Notes: generated from the letters alone by a model not told the origin. A DNA stretch of 64,000 bases from an uncultured virus (IMG/VR IMGVR_UViG_3300042336_000327) (IMGVR_UViG_3300042336_000327:62001-126000); one strand, 5' to 3'; counted from the stretch's first letter, positions 1 through 10,394 are shown. Program-made: numbers and translations.

Positions 1-396
1 GCTTATGTTCCTACTAAGGAGATGGGAGGTGGCAGCGGTCTTAAGTACGCCGCTTCTACTATCATATATCTTAGTAAGTCTAAGGAAAAGGATGGAAAAG
101 AAGTCATTGGAAACATTATCAAGGCAAAGACTGCTAAGTCGCGTTTGAGTAAGGAGAATCAACAAGTTGAAGTCCGTTTATTTTATGATGAGCGCGGTCT
201 TGATCGCTATTATGGTCTTCTGGAACTCGGGGAACTCGCTGGACTCTGGAAGAATGTTGCGGGGCGTTATGAAATTAATGGCAAAAAACTTTATGCGAAA
301 GAAATCCTAAAAAATCCCGACCAGTATTTTACCGAAGAAGTAATGCAGCAACTTGATGCTGCCGCGAAACAACAATTCTCTTATGGAACGAATTGA
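1..396 (+). CDS. uvsX: RecA-like recombinase UvsX, C-terminal part (truncated by window start)
   Basis: Frame open from base 1; [12 protein letters not shown] motif and KSR..KEN typical of T4-like UvsX; directly precedes gp41. Confidence 0.93.
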   Translation, partial: AYVPTKEMGGGSGLKYAASTIIYLSKSKEKDGKEVIGNIIKAKTAKSRLSKENQQVEVRLFYDERGLDRYYGLLELGELAGLWKNVAGRYEINGKKLYAKEILKNPDQYFTEEVMQQLDAAAKQQFSYGTN

Positions 397-1762
397 GACA
401 ACTATTCTCAGAAACTTAGTATTTAATGAAGACTACTCACGCAAGGTCATTCCTTTCATACAACCAGATTATTTTGAGCAAAAGACGGAAAAGATCATTT
501 TTGAGGAGATTGTTCAATTCATTGTTAAGTATGGTTCAGCAATCACGATTGAAGCACTCAATATTGAGGTAGAGAATCGCACAGATCTCAATGAAACTGA
601 AGTCAAAGAGATTCGAGAAATCAATTCGTTTTTAAATGATGCTCCTGTAGAAAAGCAATGGTTACTTGATACTACTGAAAAGTGGTGTCGTGACCGTGCC
701 ATTTACTTGGCACTTATGGAGTCAATTCATATTGCTGATGGAAATAATGATAAGAAAAATCGTGATGCGATTCCAAGCATTCTTTCTGATGCTCTAGCAG
801 TATCGTTTGATAATAATATCGGACACGATTATCTTCAGAACTATGAGGAGCGATATGAGTTTTATCACCGTAAAGAAGATAAGATCGAGTTTGATCTGGA
901 ATATTTCAACAAAATCACAAAGGGTGGGCTCCCTAATAAGACTCTCAATATCGCTCTCGCTGGGACGGGCGTTGGGAAATCGCTATTCATGTGTCATTTG
1001 GCTGCTTCCGTCTTACTGCAAGGCAGGTCCGTTCTCTATATCACTCTTGAAATGGCAGAAGAGCGAATTGCAGAGAGGATTGATGCGAACCTTCTCAATG
1101 TACCGATTCAGCAACTGGTTGATCTCCCACGTTCGACATTCGAGAACAAAGTAAATAGTATTGCAAAGAAGACACAAGGTTCTTTGGTCATCAAAGAATA
1201 CCCAACTGCTTCTGCTCATTCAGGACACTTTAAAGCACTTCTCAATGAACTTGCTCTCAAGAAGTCATTTAGACCTGATATTATTTTCATTGATTACCTT
1301 AATATATGTGCTTCCAGCAGGTATAAGTCAAACCTTTCTGTCAATTCATATTCGTACATTAAGGCAATTGCTGAAGAACTTCGCGGTTTGGCAGTGGAAT
1401 TCAATGTTCCCATTGTCTCTGCTACCCAGACTACTCGCAGTGGTTATGGGAACTCTGATGTTGAACTTACTGATACTAGTGAGTCCTTTGGTCTCCCTGC
1501 TACTGCTGACCTTATGTTTGCCCTTATTAGCACTGAAGAACTTGAACAGTTGGGACAGATTATGGTGAAGCAATTGAAGAACCGTTATAATGACCCCACT
1601 ATCTACAAGCGTTTTATTGTGGGTATTGACCGTGCTAAAATGAGACTGTATGATTGCGAACAGTCAGCACAAAAAGATATACTTGACTCTGGAAACGAAG
1701 ACGAGTATAATGATAACGAAGACAAGAAACCTAAAAAGTCGTTTGAAGGATTTAAATTTTAA
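383..1762 (+). CDS. gp41: Replicative DnaB-like helicase (gp41)
   Basis: Walker [38 protein letters not shown]. Start placed at ATG 383 (MERIE). Confidence 0.96.
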   Translation: MERIETTILRNLVFNEDYSRKVIPFIQPDYFEQKTEKIIFEEIVQFIVKYGSAITIEALNIEVENRTDLNETEVKEIREINSFLNDAPVEKQWLLDTTEKWCRDRAIYLALMESIHIADGNNDKKNRDAIPSILSDALAVSFDNNIGHDYLQNYEERYEFYHRKEDKIEFDLEYFNKITKGGLPNKTLNIALAGTGVGKSLFMCHLAASVLLQGRSVLYITLEMAEERIAERIDANLLNVPIQQLVDLPRSTFENKVNSIAKKTQGSLVIKEYPTASAHSGHFKALLNELALKKSFRPDIIFIDYLNICASSRYKSNLSVNSYSYIKAIAEELRGLAVEFNVPIVSATQTTRSGYGNSDVELTDTSESFGLPATADLMFALISTEELEQLGQIMVKQLKNRYNDPTIYKRFIVGIDRAKMRLYDCEQSAQKDILDSGNEDEYNDNEDKKPKKSFEGFKF

Positions 1763-2178
1763 TGGAAACTGCTAAACACGTAGATTTTGATAAGTATGCT
1801 GAGTTTGTGGATGCTGTAACTTCTGATGCATCCAAAGACTTTCTTTCTCTATCTGATCGCCTTGTTGCTCTTGATGAGAAAGGTGCCAATATTGAGCGTC
1901 TCCTGACTGCTGCTGTTGGTATTAATGCCGAAGGTGGTGAGTTTATGGAAATCGTGAAGAAAATGATTTTCCAAGGCAAACCCTTCAATGAAGATAATCG
2001 AGAGCATATGATTATCGAACTGGGTGACATTATGTGGTATGTTGCTCAAGCTTGTATGGCACTTGAAGTAACTCTTGATGATGTGGTTGCTAAAAATGTG
2101 CAGAAACTTCTCAAGCGTTATCCTGAAGGTGCTTTTGATGTTTATTTCTCTGAAAACCGTGCTGCTGACGACCGATGA
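1762..2178 (+). CDS. mazG: MazG-like nucleotide pyrophosphohydrolase
   Basis: AEGGEFMEIVKK and ELGDIMWY motifs; usual position after gp41 in cyanomyophages. Confidence 0.9.
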   Translation: METAKHVDFDKYAEFVDAVTSDASKDFLSLSDRLVALDEKGANIERLLTAAVGINAEGGEFMEIVKKMIFQGKPFNEDNREHMIIELGDIMWYVAQACMALEVTLDDVVAKNVQKLLKRYPEGAFDVYFSENRAADDR

Positions 2179-2354
2179 CTAAAGAAAAGAAAGTAACTCT
2201 AAAACTTGATGTTCGTGCTGCGGCAGCAGTTCGTCAAATTCTTTTTGAGGCACAACGTGGTTATAGTTATGAACATGTTCCTGAAAGAATCACTGAACTT
2301 CGCTCTGTGATTCTGGAACTTGATTCTGGAATCGGTGCGATTGTTGGTGAATAA
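2175..2354 (+). CDS. Hypothetical 59-aa protein (MTKEKKVTLKLDVRAAAAVRQ...)
   Basis: Translated by hand; ATGA overlap with mazG stop. Confidence 0.7.
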   Translation: MTKEKKVTLKLDVRAAAAVRQILFEAQRGYSYEHVPERITELRSVILELDSGIGAIVGE

Positions 2355-2377
2355 ATAATTGACCCTTAGGGGTTTTT

Positions 2378-2450
2378 GGGGAATTAGCTCAGTTGGTAGA
2401 GCGCCTGCTTTGCAAGCAGGATGTCAGGAGTTCGAGTCTCCTATTCTCCA
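2378..2450 (+). tRNA. tRNA-Ala(TGC)
   Basis: Acceptor GGGGAAT/ATTCTCC with G3:U70, anticodon arm CCTGC-TTTGCAA-GCAGG, GTTCGAG T-loop. Confidence 0.96.
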
Positions 2451-2472
2451 TTGCATTTTATTATAAAATAAT

Positions 2473-3018
2473 ATGAAAGTACATCTGATTGATAATTTTT
2501 TACCAGAAGAAGAATTTCAAAAAATTCGTGGGTTTATAATGGGCGATTGCTTTGACCATAGTTACCCTTCTTTGCCTTGGTATTATGGAAAAGTATTGTC
2601 TGAAAATATAAAAGATTTTTCTTCACCGTCGTGTAATGATGATGATAATTATCAATTCAGTCATGTTTTTTATGTTGCTGATGCTCCAACTTCAGCATTA
2701 ATTCAAAACTTACAACCGCTTATTGAATCAATGCCAGAAGTTGGTTGTCGCTCTTTTGTTAAGATAAAGGCTAATTTAAACCCAAGGACTGATAAAATAA
2801 TCGAGCACGGATTTCATATTGATATTGGAAATTTTGAGGGTGGAAAGACTGCGATTTATTATCTCAATACAAATGATGGATATACAAAATTTGAAACTGG
2901 TGAAACGATTGAAAGCGTAGAAAACCGATTAATTATATTTGATCAAAGTCTTTTGCATACTGGTACAACTTGTACAGATGCCCATGCAAGATATGTTATT
3001 AATTTAAACTTTTTCTAA
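2473..3018 (+). CDS. 2OG-Fe(II) oxygenase-like protein (paralog 1)
   Basis: HxD (HID), distal H (HTG) and R-x-V-I-N (RYVINLNF) of the double-stranded beta-helix fold. Confidence 0.8.
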   Translation: MKVHLIDNFLPEEEFQKIRGFIMGDCFDHSYPSLPWYYGKVLSENIKDFSSPSCNDDDNYQFSHVFYVADAPTSALIQNLQPLIESMPEVGCRSFVKIKANLNPRTDKIIEHGFHIDIGNFEGGKTAIYYLNTNDGYTKFETGETIESVENRLIIFDQSLLHTGTTCTDAHARYVINLNFF

Positions 3019-3034
3019 TTCTAATTTAAAAAAA

Positions 3035-3556
3035 ATGAAAGTTCATATCATTGACAATTTCTTACCTGAAGAAGAATTTAATCAAATTAAAAATTTTATT
3101 ACTGGTAAAACAATTCCGTGGTATCATGGTCAAGTAATTGAAGAAAATATTCCAAATATATCTTCAATAGATTGTACCACTGAAGAAAACTACCAATTTA
3201 GTCATATTTTTTATATTGATGACCAGGCAGCACCTTTTATTGGAAGTATATCTCCACTTGTTGATGGTATTATACAAGTTGGATGTCGTTCTTTAGTGAG
3301 AATAAAGGCCAATTTAACGTTAAAAACAGATGAAATAATCGAACATGGGTTTCATGTTGATTATCAAGACTTTGATGGTGGTAAAACTGCAATTTATTAT
3401 GTCAATACAAATAATGGATATACTAAGTTTGAATCTGGAGATACTGTAGATAGTTTAGAAAATAGATTAGTTGTTTTTGATGGGACTATGCTTCATACTG
3501 GTACAACCTGTACTGATAAAATAGGAAGATACGTTATTAACTTTGACTTCTTCTGA
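3035..3556 (+). CDS. 2OG-Fe(II) oxygenase-like protein (paralog 2)
   Basis: HVD...HTGTTCTD...RYVINF; clear paralog of 2473..3018. Confidence 0.8.
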   Translation: MKVHIIDNFLPEEEFNQIKNFITGKTIPWYHGQVIEENIPNISSIDCTTEENYQFSHIFYIDDQAAPFIGSISPLVDGIIQVGCRSLVRIKANLTLKTDEIIEHGFHVDYQDFDGGKTAIYYVNTNNGYTKFESGDTVDSLENRLVVFDGTMLHTGTTCTDKIGRYVINFDFF

Positions 3557-3559
3557 TTT

Positions 3560-4066
3560 ATGGAAGTAATTGATAATTTTTTACCTGATACGGCTCACCA
3601 AAAATTTTTTCATTTAATCAAGAGTAATACATTTCCTTGGTTTTTGTCAGAAGTTTTAGAGACAGAATATCATCCGATAGAATGTAATGAAAACGATAAC
3701 TACCAATTCAGTTATATTTTTTGTTCATCAAGAGATGGTGTTCTGAGAAAGGGTAGATTTTTTGAAGACGCATTTCCATTCTTTCAAAAACTAACTCCAA
3801 GAAATGTTCTCGTGATTAAGGCAAATCTTACATTGAGGACCAATAAAATAATAGAGCATGGTATGCATGTCGATCATCATTTCAAGTCAAAGACTGCTGT
3901 TTATTATGTAAATAGCAACGATGGATATACAAAATTTGAAACTGGTGAAATTGTAGAGAGTGTTGCAAATAGGATTGTAATCTTTGATAGTGATATCAAA
4001 CATACGGGTACAACATGCACTAATGCTTTGGGAAGATTTGTTGTCAATCTAAATTACTGGCAGTAA
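3560..4066 (+). CDS. 2OG-Fe(II) oxygenase-like protein (paralog 3)
   Basis: HVD...HTGTTCTN...RFVVNLNY. Confidence 0.8.
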   Translation: MEVIDNFLPDTAHQKFFHLIKSNTFPWFLSEVLETEYHPIECNENDNYQFSYIFCSSRDGVLRKGRFFEDAFPFFQKLTPRNVLVIKANLTLRTNKIIEHGMHVDHHFKSKTAVYYVNSNDGYTKFETGEIVESVANRIVIFDSDIKHTGTTCTNALGRFVVNLNYWQ

Positions 4067-4087
4067 AATAAATACTTAAAAAGTCTT

Positions 4088-5362
4088 ATGTCTAGTAGTT
4101 CAAAAGACGACAATTGGAGAAAGCATTGGAGAGGAACTCCAACTATACTAACAACCATTAAAAAGGCATCTCCTTATTTTGAAGATCCAGCGACTGGTGG
4201 AAGGGGAACGGGATACTTGTCTATTGGACAACAAGTTACCTATGTGGATGCGCTTTCACAAAATATGCAAAATAATTCTTTTAGAGTCGCAATACAATTG
4301 GGAAGTTATGATGCATCAAAACCTGTTTATTATACCCATATTGATAATCTAACCAAACCTATTAATAGGAGTATCTTTGAGGGAATTTTTAAACCTCAAA
4401 GATTTGGATTGACTGGACAAGAATATAATTATGATACCTATGTTTCTACTCTGAGGCAATCAATTACAAATAGAACGGATATTGTTGGCGAACTTGAAGA
4501 TTATTTACTATCATTAGTCGATTATGCTGACAGTAATGCTTCTGTTGGGAGTTTTGATTCAAATGCCATTAGTAATTTACCACTGAATAATATTCGTAAT
4601 GACTTTGGTGAATGTATTGGACCAATTTATTGTATAAGTAGGGGATTTAATACTTTAAATCTTGGAGTTAATAAAACAACATCTAAAATTTTTATCCCAA
4701 CAAGATCAAATGAACCTTTACTTGATTATTATATTGTAACTCCAAATAGGTCAATTAAAGTATCTGCAAAATCTAGTGGGGTGTCTTCTAATACTCTTAA
4801 GGTTAGGGATATTATACCGTTGGTTGAACAAAATTCTTCACTTTTGGCACAGATGAGAAACTCACAAGAGTTTGATTTGATGAGAATTATTAATAATAAC
4901 AATATGGTGCAAGGTCCTATTCAAGCTGCTGCTCGTCTTGGATTGTTGGATCAAAATGTAGCAAATTCCGTTTTAAATTCTTCTGCTACAGGATTTATTT
5001 CAAATCCTGAATTATTTGATAGTATCATTAGATCTGATCCTAGACTAGTTGGAATATTGAATTCTCAAAGAGGTGATTATTCCAGAGTTAGGATAACCCT
5101 GATGCAAATATCTTATGCTTGCGAAAGACTAGTAATTGATTATTCTAGGCAATCTGTAGCATCATTAAATTTTACCAATATTGTTAGAAACGCATTATCC
5201 AATGAAATGTTTTTTGTTCATCTTTCATTGAATAATATCACACCATCATTTACTCTTAGAAGAGCACAGGGAGTGGAGGGTCAAGCAACTATATCAAACT
5301 TGCAATTTAGAACTAAAAATGGATATGACTTTAAAAAAGATAAGTTAGGATTCAAATTATGA
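4088..5362 (+). CDS. Hypothetical 424-aa protein, possible PD-(D/E)xK nuclease fold
   Basis: Long ORF after TAAATA; DFGE...NEPLLDY...KVSAK resembles a restriction-like catalytic core. Confidence 0.5.
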   Translation: MSSSSKDDNWRKHWRGTPTILTTIKKASPYFEDPATGGRGTGYLSIGQQVTYVDALSQNMQNNSFRVAIQLGSYDASKPVYYTHIDNLTKPINRSIFEGIFKPQRFGLTGQEYNYDTYVSTLRQSITNRTDIVGELEDYLLSLVDYADSNASVGSFDSNAISNLPLNNIRNDFGECIGPIYCISRGFNTLNLGVNKTTSKIFIPTRSNEPLLDYYIVTPNRSIKVSAKSSGVSSNTLKVRDIIPLVEQNSSLLAQMRNSQEFDLMRIINNNNMVQGPIQAAARLGLLDQNVANSVLNSSATGFISNPELFDSIIRSDPRLVGILNSQRGDYSRVRITLMQISYACERLVIDYSRQSVASLNFTNIVRNALSNEMFFVHLSLNNITPSFTLRRAQGVEGQATISNLQFRTKNGYDFKKDKLGFKL

Positions 5363-5559
5363 AAGAATATGTTGATGAATTGCTTAAAAATTTTAAGGGC
5401 ACGTATCCAGAATTTGTTCGCTATGTGCATTTAGTTTTAGATAAGAAAATGTCTGTCAGTAAAAATAAACATAAATATAGGCAGATACATAAAAACATCT
5501 TAAAATATATTACTGATAACGAAAAAGTAATCATATCAAAGATAAAGAAATTTAAGTAA
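5359..5559 (+). CDS. Hypothetical 66-aa protein
   Basis: Start and stop overlap both neighbours. Confidence 0.6.
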   Translation: MKEYVDELLKNFKGTYPEFVRYVHLVLDKKMSVSKNKHKYRQIHKNILKYITDNEKVIISKIKKFK

Positions 5560-6836
5560 TGAAAAGTTTTTCTAGATTTTTATCAGAGGCAACTGCATCA
5601 CAGCAAGCAGCAAGACTTGGGTTGCAGGGAGATGGTCATGGTGGATGGTATAAGGATGGTGAGTTTGTAGCAAAAACTGTAAAAGGAACTCTAAAGTTTT
5701 ATAATAAAAGGCAAGCAGTTGGTGGAAAAGACCCTGCACAAACTGAAAAAGAAAAAAATATTTCTGATCCAAATTTTGTAGATCCTGCACTTCAGCAGCA
5801 AGCACCTGCTCCTGAGCAGCAACCAGTTGCACAAGAACCTGCCGCTCCTGTTGGACCACCACCAGTCGAAAAAACAAAAGGAACTCTTACAATTGCTTTC
5901 GGTCGATTCAATCCCCCAACGATTGGTCACCAGCAATTAATGGATGTTGCTGCCCAATCATCCGCTGCTGATGGTGGCGATTATCTTATCTATCCTTCAA
6001 GAAGTCAGGATAAGAAAAAGAATCCATTGGACCCTGATACAAAAGTCTCTTACATGAGAAAGATGTTCCCTACACATAGTGAGAGAATTGTAAATGATGC
6101 AAATACTAAAACCATTTTTGATGTTCTAAAGAAAGCGCATAATGATGGATACACAAATGTAAGAATTGTTGGTGGTGCTGATAGAGTTAAAGAGTTTGAA
6201 AAGTTATCCAATAATTACAATGGACAACTCTATGCATTTGATAACATCGAAGTTGTTTCTGCTGGGGAAAGAGATCCTGATGCAAAGGGTGTTGAAGGAA
6301 TGTCCGCATCCAGAATGCGACTTGCCGCTGCAGAAGGTGACTTTAAGAGATTTAGAGAGGGTCTCCCATCAGATTATTCTCGTAAAGATGCTCTAGAGTT
6401 ATTTGATAATCTTCGCGGTGCGATGAATATTAAAGAAGGGTGGCAACTTTGGCAGATTGCTCCTAAGTTTGATTTTAAGACTCTTCGTGAAAATTATGTT
6501 GCAGAGAATATTTTCAACATCGGTCAGATGGTAGAGAATCTGAATACAGGATTAACTGGTCGTATTCTCCGCAGAGGCACTAATTATTTAATTTGTGTAA
6601 CCGAAACGGGTCAGATGTTTAAATCTTGGATTAAAGATTTGGTTGAATATACCGAAGTTAAAATGGATAGCATGTATAGAGCACCTGGAAAACCAAATAC
6701 ACTTGCAGGTACTACGGGATTCTTTAAATACGTTTCGATGCAAACTCCAGGAGCAATTGGAACTGGTAAGGAAAATCTTCAATCTGGGGCAAAGGCATAC
6801 GGAGTTAATTTCATAAATAAGTATAGAAAAAAGTAA
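5559..6836 (+). CDS. Cytidylyltransferase-family nucleotidyltransferase (cyanophage type)
   Basis: GRFNPPTIGH (HIGH-like) and GMSASRMR (KMSKS-like) motifs. Confidence 0.85.
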   Translation: MKSFSRFLSEATASQQAARLGLQGDGHGGWYKDGEFVAKTVKGTLKFYNKRQAVGGKDPAQTEKEKNISDPNFVDPALQQQAPAPEQQPVAQEPAAPVGPPPVEKTKGTLTIAFGRFNPPTIGHQQLMDVAAQSSAADGGDYLIYPSRSQDKKKNPLDPDTKVSYMRKMFPTHSERIVNDANTKTIFDVLKKAHNDGYTNVRIVGGADRVKEFEKLSNNYNGQLYAFDNIEVVSAGERDPDAKGVEGMSASRMRLAAAEGDFKRFREGLPSDYSRKDALELFDNLRGAMNIKEGWQLWQIAPKFDFKTLRENYVAENIFNIGQMVENLNTGLTGRILRRGTNYLICVTETGQMFKSWIKDLVEYTEVKMDSMYRAPGKPNTLAGTTGFFKYVSMQTPGAIGTGKENLQSGAKAYGVNFINKYRKK

Positions 6837-6853
6837 AGTAGAAATTATTTTCC

Positions 6854-8941
6854 ATGAAAAAGCATATTGCTGAGGAGCTCCCTGCAAGAAAATTTGCTCC
6901 ATCTGCTCCTGCTGCTAAGGGTGGTGGGGATAATGAAAAGGGCGCGGGGGGAAAAGACTCTGCTTCTCCCGAGAAAAAAATTCGTCAGGCAGTTTATGAT
7001 ATTCGTTATCGTGCCAGAAGAGAGGACGTTCCTTTGAGAACTGCGTTTGCACAATATATGCAAAACAGCAATCTTGGTGGAAATGAAAGAGCTGCTGTAA
7101 AGAAAAAACTATTTGGTGAAGGTCCAATGAAGAATGAAGAATTCATTGGATCGGTAAAAGACTTAGCAATGGAAAGTGTTTCTGATGTAATGGTAAGAGT
7201 ATTTGCCAAGGAAGATATTGAGGCACCAAAAAAGTATAAGGTTAGAGTTGAAGATAATAATGGCAAAAGTTATGTAAGATATGCTGATAGAAATAAAATT
7301 ACTCAACTTCGTTCTAATCCAAATATTAAGTCTGTAGAAATCACTTCATATGGTGAGCCATATGAGGGTGAGAGAAAGAGAGGTGAGCAAACTGCCGCTG
7401 CAACAGCAGGTAAGGATTATGATGGTGACGGTAAAAAGGAAAGTTCATCAAAAGAACATGCTGGTGCAGTTCATAATGCCATTCAGCGTAAAATGGGTGG
7501 TAAGCCAGACGGTCAGGACACCAGAAAGACTGTTTCCGCTTCTTATGAACCAGAAGGTGAAGCACTGGATGAGATGCGTCGCCCTAAATTTAGATACAAC
7601 AATACAGATAATTCAAAATCATCACGCAGTCATCCTGGCAGGGGAGGGGGTTCCATTAGAAATCCTCAGGCAAGATTCAATGCTCCAAACCCATCCACAA
7701 CAAGTTCGGATTCTTCGAACGGAGATAATGTTAAAGAAGCAGTAACAGGTGGAAGTGCTCCAAATTTACCTGCTGGTGTAGTGAAGTTTGTTGATGAGTT
7801 GCCAAAGACTGTTCAAAATGTTGGGCAAAAAGTATTTGGGGCTAAAACCAAACCAACCAAACCAGCAGTGGAAGAGGCACACAAACCTGGGCATAAAAAA
7901 GGTGATGGAAACCTAGCAAATAATTATCCTCCTTATGATAAGGTAACTAGAGGTGATATTGTTGCAGGTGCTCTAGGCAAAGATCAAAAAGGTGGTAAGG
8001 CAAAGGTTGAAGAAGACTATCTTTGGACTGAAGCAAAAACTGAAAAGAAAAAAGTTGATACCTTACCAAAGGGCGAGTCTAACAAAGTAAAAGTCTTCCC
8101 TTCAAATATGGCAGAGAAGATGGATCTTGCTACGGCAGATATGGGTGATGTGATTAAAGATTTCCGCAAGTCTAAAAAGAAACAATTCAAAGGGAAATCA
8201 AAGAAGAAAAAGCAACAAATGGCAATCGCCGCTAAATTAGAAGCAGAAAGAAAAGCAGGAATGAGTGAGCAGTGCGATTCTCCAGTTGATAGATTTAGAT
8301 CTAGACTTGCTGATGAATCTAAGAAAAAAGAAGTTGCTAAAAAAGAAAAGGAAGAAATGGATATTAGATCCCTTCCTACATCTATGAATCTTTTTAAGAA
8401 TAAGATGAGAGCAATTGGTCTTAAGATGTCTTATGAACCAGAAGGTGAGCAAATTGATGAAATGCTTCCAGCACTCGCTGCAGGAGCTGCTCTTCTTGCT
8501 GCACCTGCGGTAATTAAAACAGTTTTCGATAAGCCAGCGAAAAAAGCACTTGATAATGCAACAAATGACCCAAACAGAAGATTGATGACTGGTGGAACAG
8601 TAGGGCAACTCAAACAAGCACAAAATAATTCTTATGAACCAGAAGGTGAAGTAATTGATGAAAGAATGGCAGAAGACAGGGGAGAACCAAGAAAACCACG
8701 TGATCGTGCTGTAGAAATTGTTAGAAATATGAATAAGGGTGGTATGATGACTCGTAGTGGTGGAACTGTTGCTCAACATGAAGCAGGAAGAGGTGTAAAA
8801 AAAGATAGAACCAGCGAAGTTAAACCAGAACCTCCAACAAATACACCTGCCAAAAAACTTGCTGCAAAAAAAGCACAACAAGCAGCAGCACAGAGAGCAG
8901 CACAGGATATGTACAAACCAAGAGCAGGTGAGTCTGACTGA
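6854..8941 (+). CDS. Large charged low-complexity protein with three SYEPEGE-x-(I/L)DE motifs; putative head-internal protein
   Basis: 695-aa ORF, K/E rich; repeated motif seen directly. Function is inferred. Confidence 0.6.
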   Translation: MKKHIAEELPARKFAPSAPAAKGGGDNEKGAGGKDSASPEKKIRQAVYDIRYRARREDVPLRTAFAQYMQNSNLGGNERAAVKKKLFGEGPMKNEEFIGSVKDLAMESVSDVMVRVFAKEDIEAPKKYKVRVEDNNGKSYVRYADRNKITQLRSNPNIKSVEITSYGEPYEGERKRGEQTAAATAGKDYDGDGKKESSSKEHAGAVHNAIQRKMGGKPDGQDTRKTVSASYEPEGEALDEMRRPKFRYNNTDNSKSSRSHPGRGGGSIRNPQARFNAPNPSTTSSDSSNGDNVKEAVTGGSAPNLPAGVVKFVDELPKTVQNVGQKVFGAKTKPTKPAVEEAHKPGHKKGDGNLANNYPPYDKVTRGDIVAGALGKDQKGGKAKVEEDYLWTEAKTEKKKVDTLPKGESNKVKVFPSNMAEKMDLATADMGDVIKDFRKSKKKQFKGKSKKKKQQMAIAAKLEAERKAGMSEQCDSPVDRFRSRLADESKKKEVAKKEKEEMDIRSLPTSMNLFKNKMRAIGLKMSYEPEGEQIDEMLPALAAGAALLAAPAVIKTVFDKPAKKALDNATNDPNRRLMTGGTVGQLKQAQNNSYEPEGEVIDERMAEDRGEPRKPRDRAVEIVRNMNKGGMMTRSGGTVAQHEAGRGVKKDRTSEVKPEPPTNTPAKKLAAKKAQQAAAQRAAQDMYKPRAGESD
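7541..8649 (+). repeat. Three identical dispersed 20-mers TCTTATGAACCAGAAGGTGA (7541, 8429, 8630)
   Basis: Read directly from the sequence. Confidence 0.9.
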
Positions 8942-8986
8942 GATAATATCTAAATAAGACAGGATACTCTTCACACGGAGGTCATC

Positions 8987-9166
8987 ATGTCGGCACTCGT
9001 CGCTTGGTGTTTAGCAAATCAGGCTCTTATCGCAACTGCTCTTTTTGCAGTTTCGGAAGCACTTGGAGCAAACCCAAAAGTCAAATCAAACGGTATTCTT
9101 TCGCTCATTCTTCTTCAAGTGCAAGCACAACTGAAGAATAAAGGTGCTAAAGATTTAACTCCTTGA
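8987..9166 (+). CDS. Small hydrophobic 59-aa protein, holin-like candidate (MSALVAWCLANQALIATALF...)
   Basis: CTAAATA late promoter at ~8950, GGAGG SD at 8977, hydrophobic stretches, basic C-terminus. Confidence 0.65.
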   Translation: MSALVAWCLANQALIATALFAVSEALGANPKVKSNGILSLILLQVQAQLKNKGAKDLTP

Positions 9167-9175
9167 GTTAAGGAT

Positions 9176-9208
9176 AAAGGGGACCGAAACTAAAGGTCTC
9201 CTTTTTTT
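9176..9208 (+). terminator. Intrinsic terminator, followed by late promoter TATAAATA (9208-9215)
   Basis: AAAGGGGACC...GGTCTCCTTT stem plus T-run. Confidence 0.75.
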
Positions 9209-9245
9209 ATAAATATCAATATAAGAATTTTATAGGTAAGGAAAC

Positions 9246-9812
9246 ATGTCTCTTTGGGGCAATAAAGATTCGGTTTATTCAACAGGAACTATTTCGGTTA
9301 ATCTAATTACAGGAATTGCAACTGGTGGGGTTGGTGTTGTCACCTTTACCTCTGCTGGTATTAGAACTGGAGATGTGATTACAGTTGGTGCTGGTGCTAC
9401 TTATGGTTATGCTGTTATCACTGGATTTACCTCCACAAGTATTTCTTTAGCTAGCACTTCATACTTCGTTGCTGGACTAACTACTGTTCCAACAGGAACT
9501 GCTTATAATATTTCAGAAGAACCAATTTCAACACTTGGAAATTCGGTTTATAGAGCACCTGAGTCTAAGACTACAGGATTCTCAACAAGTCCAGTATTCA
9601 CTGGTGTATTTGGTGTAGATACTACAGAGCAAGCTGTTGCTAACGCAGCTACTGGTAATGCTCGTAAGTTCGCTGCTCCACACGCTGGTTGGGTTGGTGT
9701 CATGACTTACACCGATACTCACGGAAATTTCAGAGTTAAAACTGAAGTATTGGTAGCAGGAAGCACAATCAACACGGATGCTGCTGACGACGCTCAGTAT
9801 CCAGATAGCTGA
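9246..9812 (+). CDS. Putative virion structural protein
   Basis: T/G/V-rich beta-type protein with HAGWV...KTEVLVA C-terminus, under a late promoter. Confidence 0.6.
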   Translation: MSLWGNKDSVYSTGTISVNLITGIATGGVGVVTFTSAGIRTGDVITVGAGATYGYAVITGFTSTSISLASTSYFVAGLTTVPTGTAYNISEEPISTLGNSVYRAPESKTTGFSTSPVFTGVFGVDTTEQAVANAATGNARKFAAPHAGWVGVMTYTDTHGNFRVKTEVLVAGSTINTDAADDAQYPDS

Positions 9813-9821
9813 TAATTTGGT

Positions 9822-10193
9822 ATGAGATTTGATGAATTGAATGAAGATAATTATCTTCTATTTGCTATTAAATTTTATGATAATCCCCAAGCAGTTACTA
9901 GGGATGATTTTGAGGACGATTTAAAACGTATTAAGTATATTAAAAGATTACTTAAGCGTTATAGGAATACAGGAGTTCTTAAAACTCACTTGATTCTTAA
10001 TCACCTAATCGTCCTATTTAATGTCTTTGATGATGCAGCAGTCCCTTTGCTTCTTTATAATTTAGAATCTGACCTTTGGCCTGCTATTAAAAGTTTTTTG
10101 TTATTTTTAAATAGATTGCCTGAATATCCAAAAACAACTTTGCATTCTATTATTGAAGACCAAGAGTGTATAGACAAATTGCAAGAAGTTTAA
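9822..10193 (+). CDS. Conserved T4-like phage hypothetical protein
   Basis: DDLKRIKYIKRL...LILNH motif; upstream of the primase region. Confidence 0.7.
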   Translation: MRFDELNEDNYLLFAIKFYDNPQAVTRDDFEDDLKRIKYIKRLLKRYRNTGVLKTHLILNHLIVLFNVFDDAAVPLLLYNLESDLWPAIKSFLLFLNRLPEYPKTTLHSIIEDQECIDKLQEV

Positions 10194-10393
10194 TGGACAT
10201 TGATAAATTAATTTCTACAATTCGCACTCTTAAAGAAGAACCAACCGTTAATGTTGGTTCTGGAAATATCGCTGGAACTGCACCAGCGGGAGACGATCCT
10301 CCAGTTTTTAAGAAAGGTAGATATAGAAGTAACTATGCAAAAGGTGGAAGAGGTTCTCGTAGATGGTGGTTACAATTTTTAAAAGGAAGGTAA
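10193..10393 (+). CDS. Hypothetical protein
   Basis: TAATG overlap with the upstream stop. Confidence 0.6.
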   Translation: MDIDKLISTIRTLKEEPTVNVGSGNIAGTAPAGDDPPVFKKGRYRSNYAKGGRGSRRWWLQFLKGR

Positions 10394-10394
10394 A

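Noticed and set aside
8237..8974. Long antisense ORFs (8237..8974, 16285..16824, 31961..32497 and similar)
   Set aside because: They lie opposite well-supported genes, are F/S/L-biased and contain no motifs.
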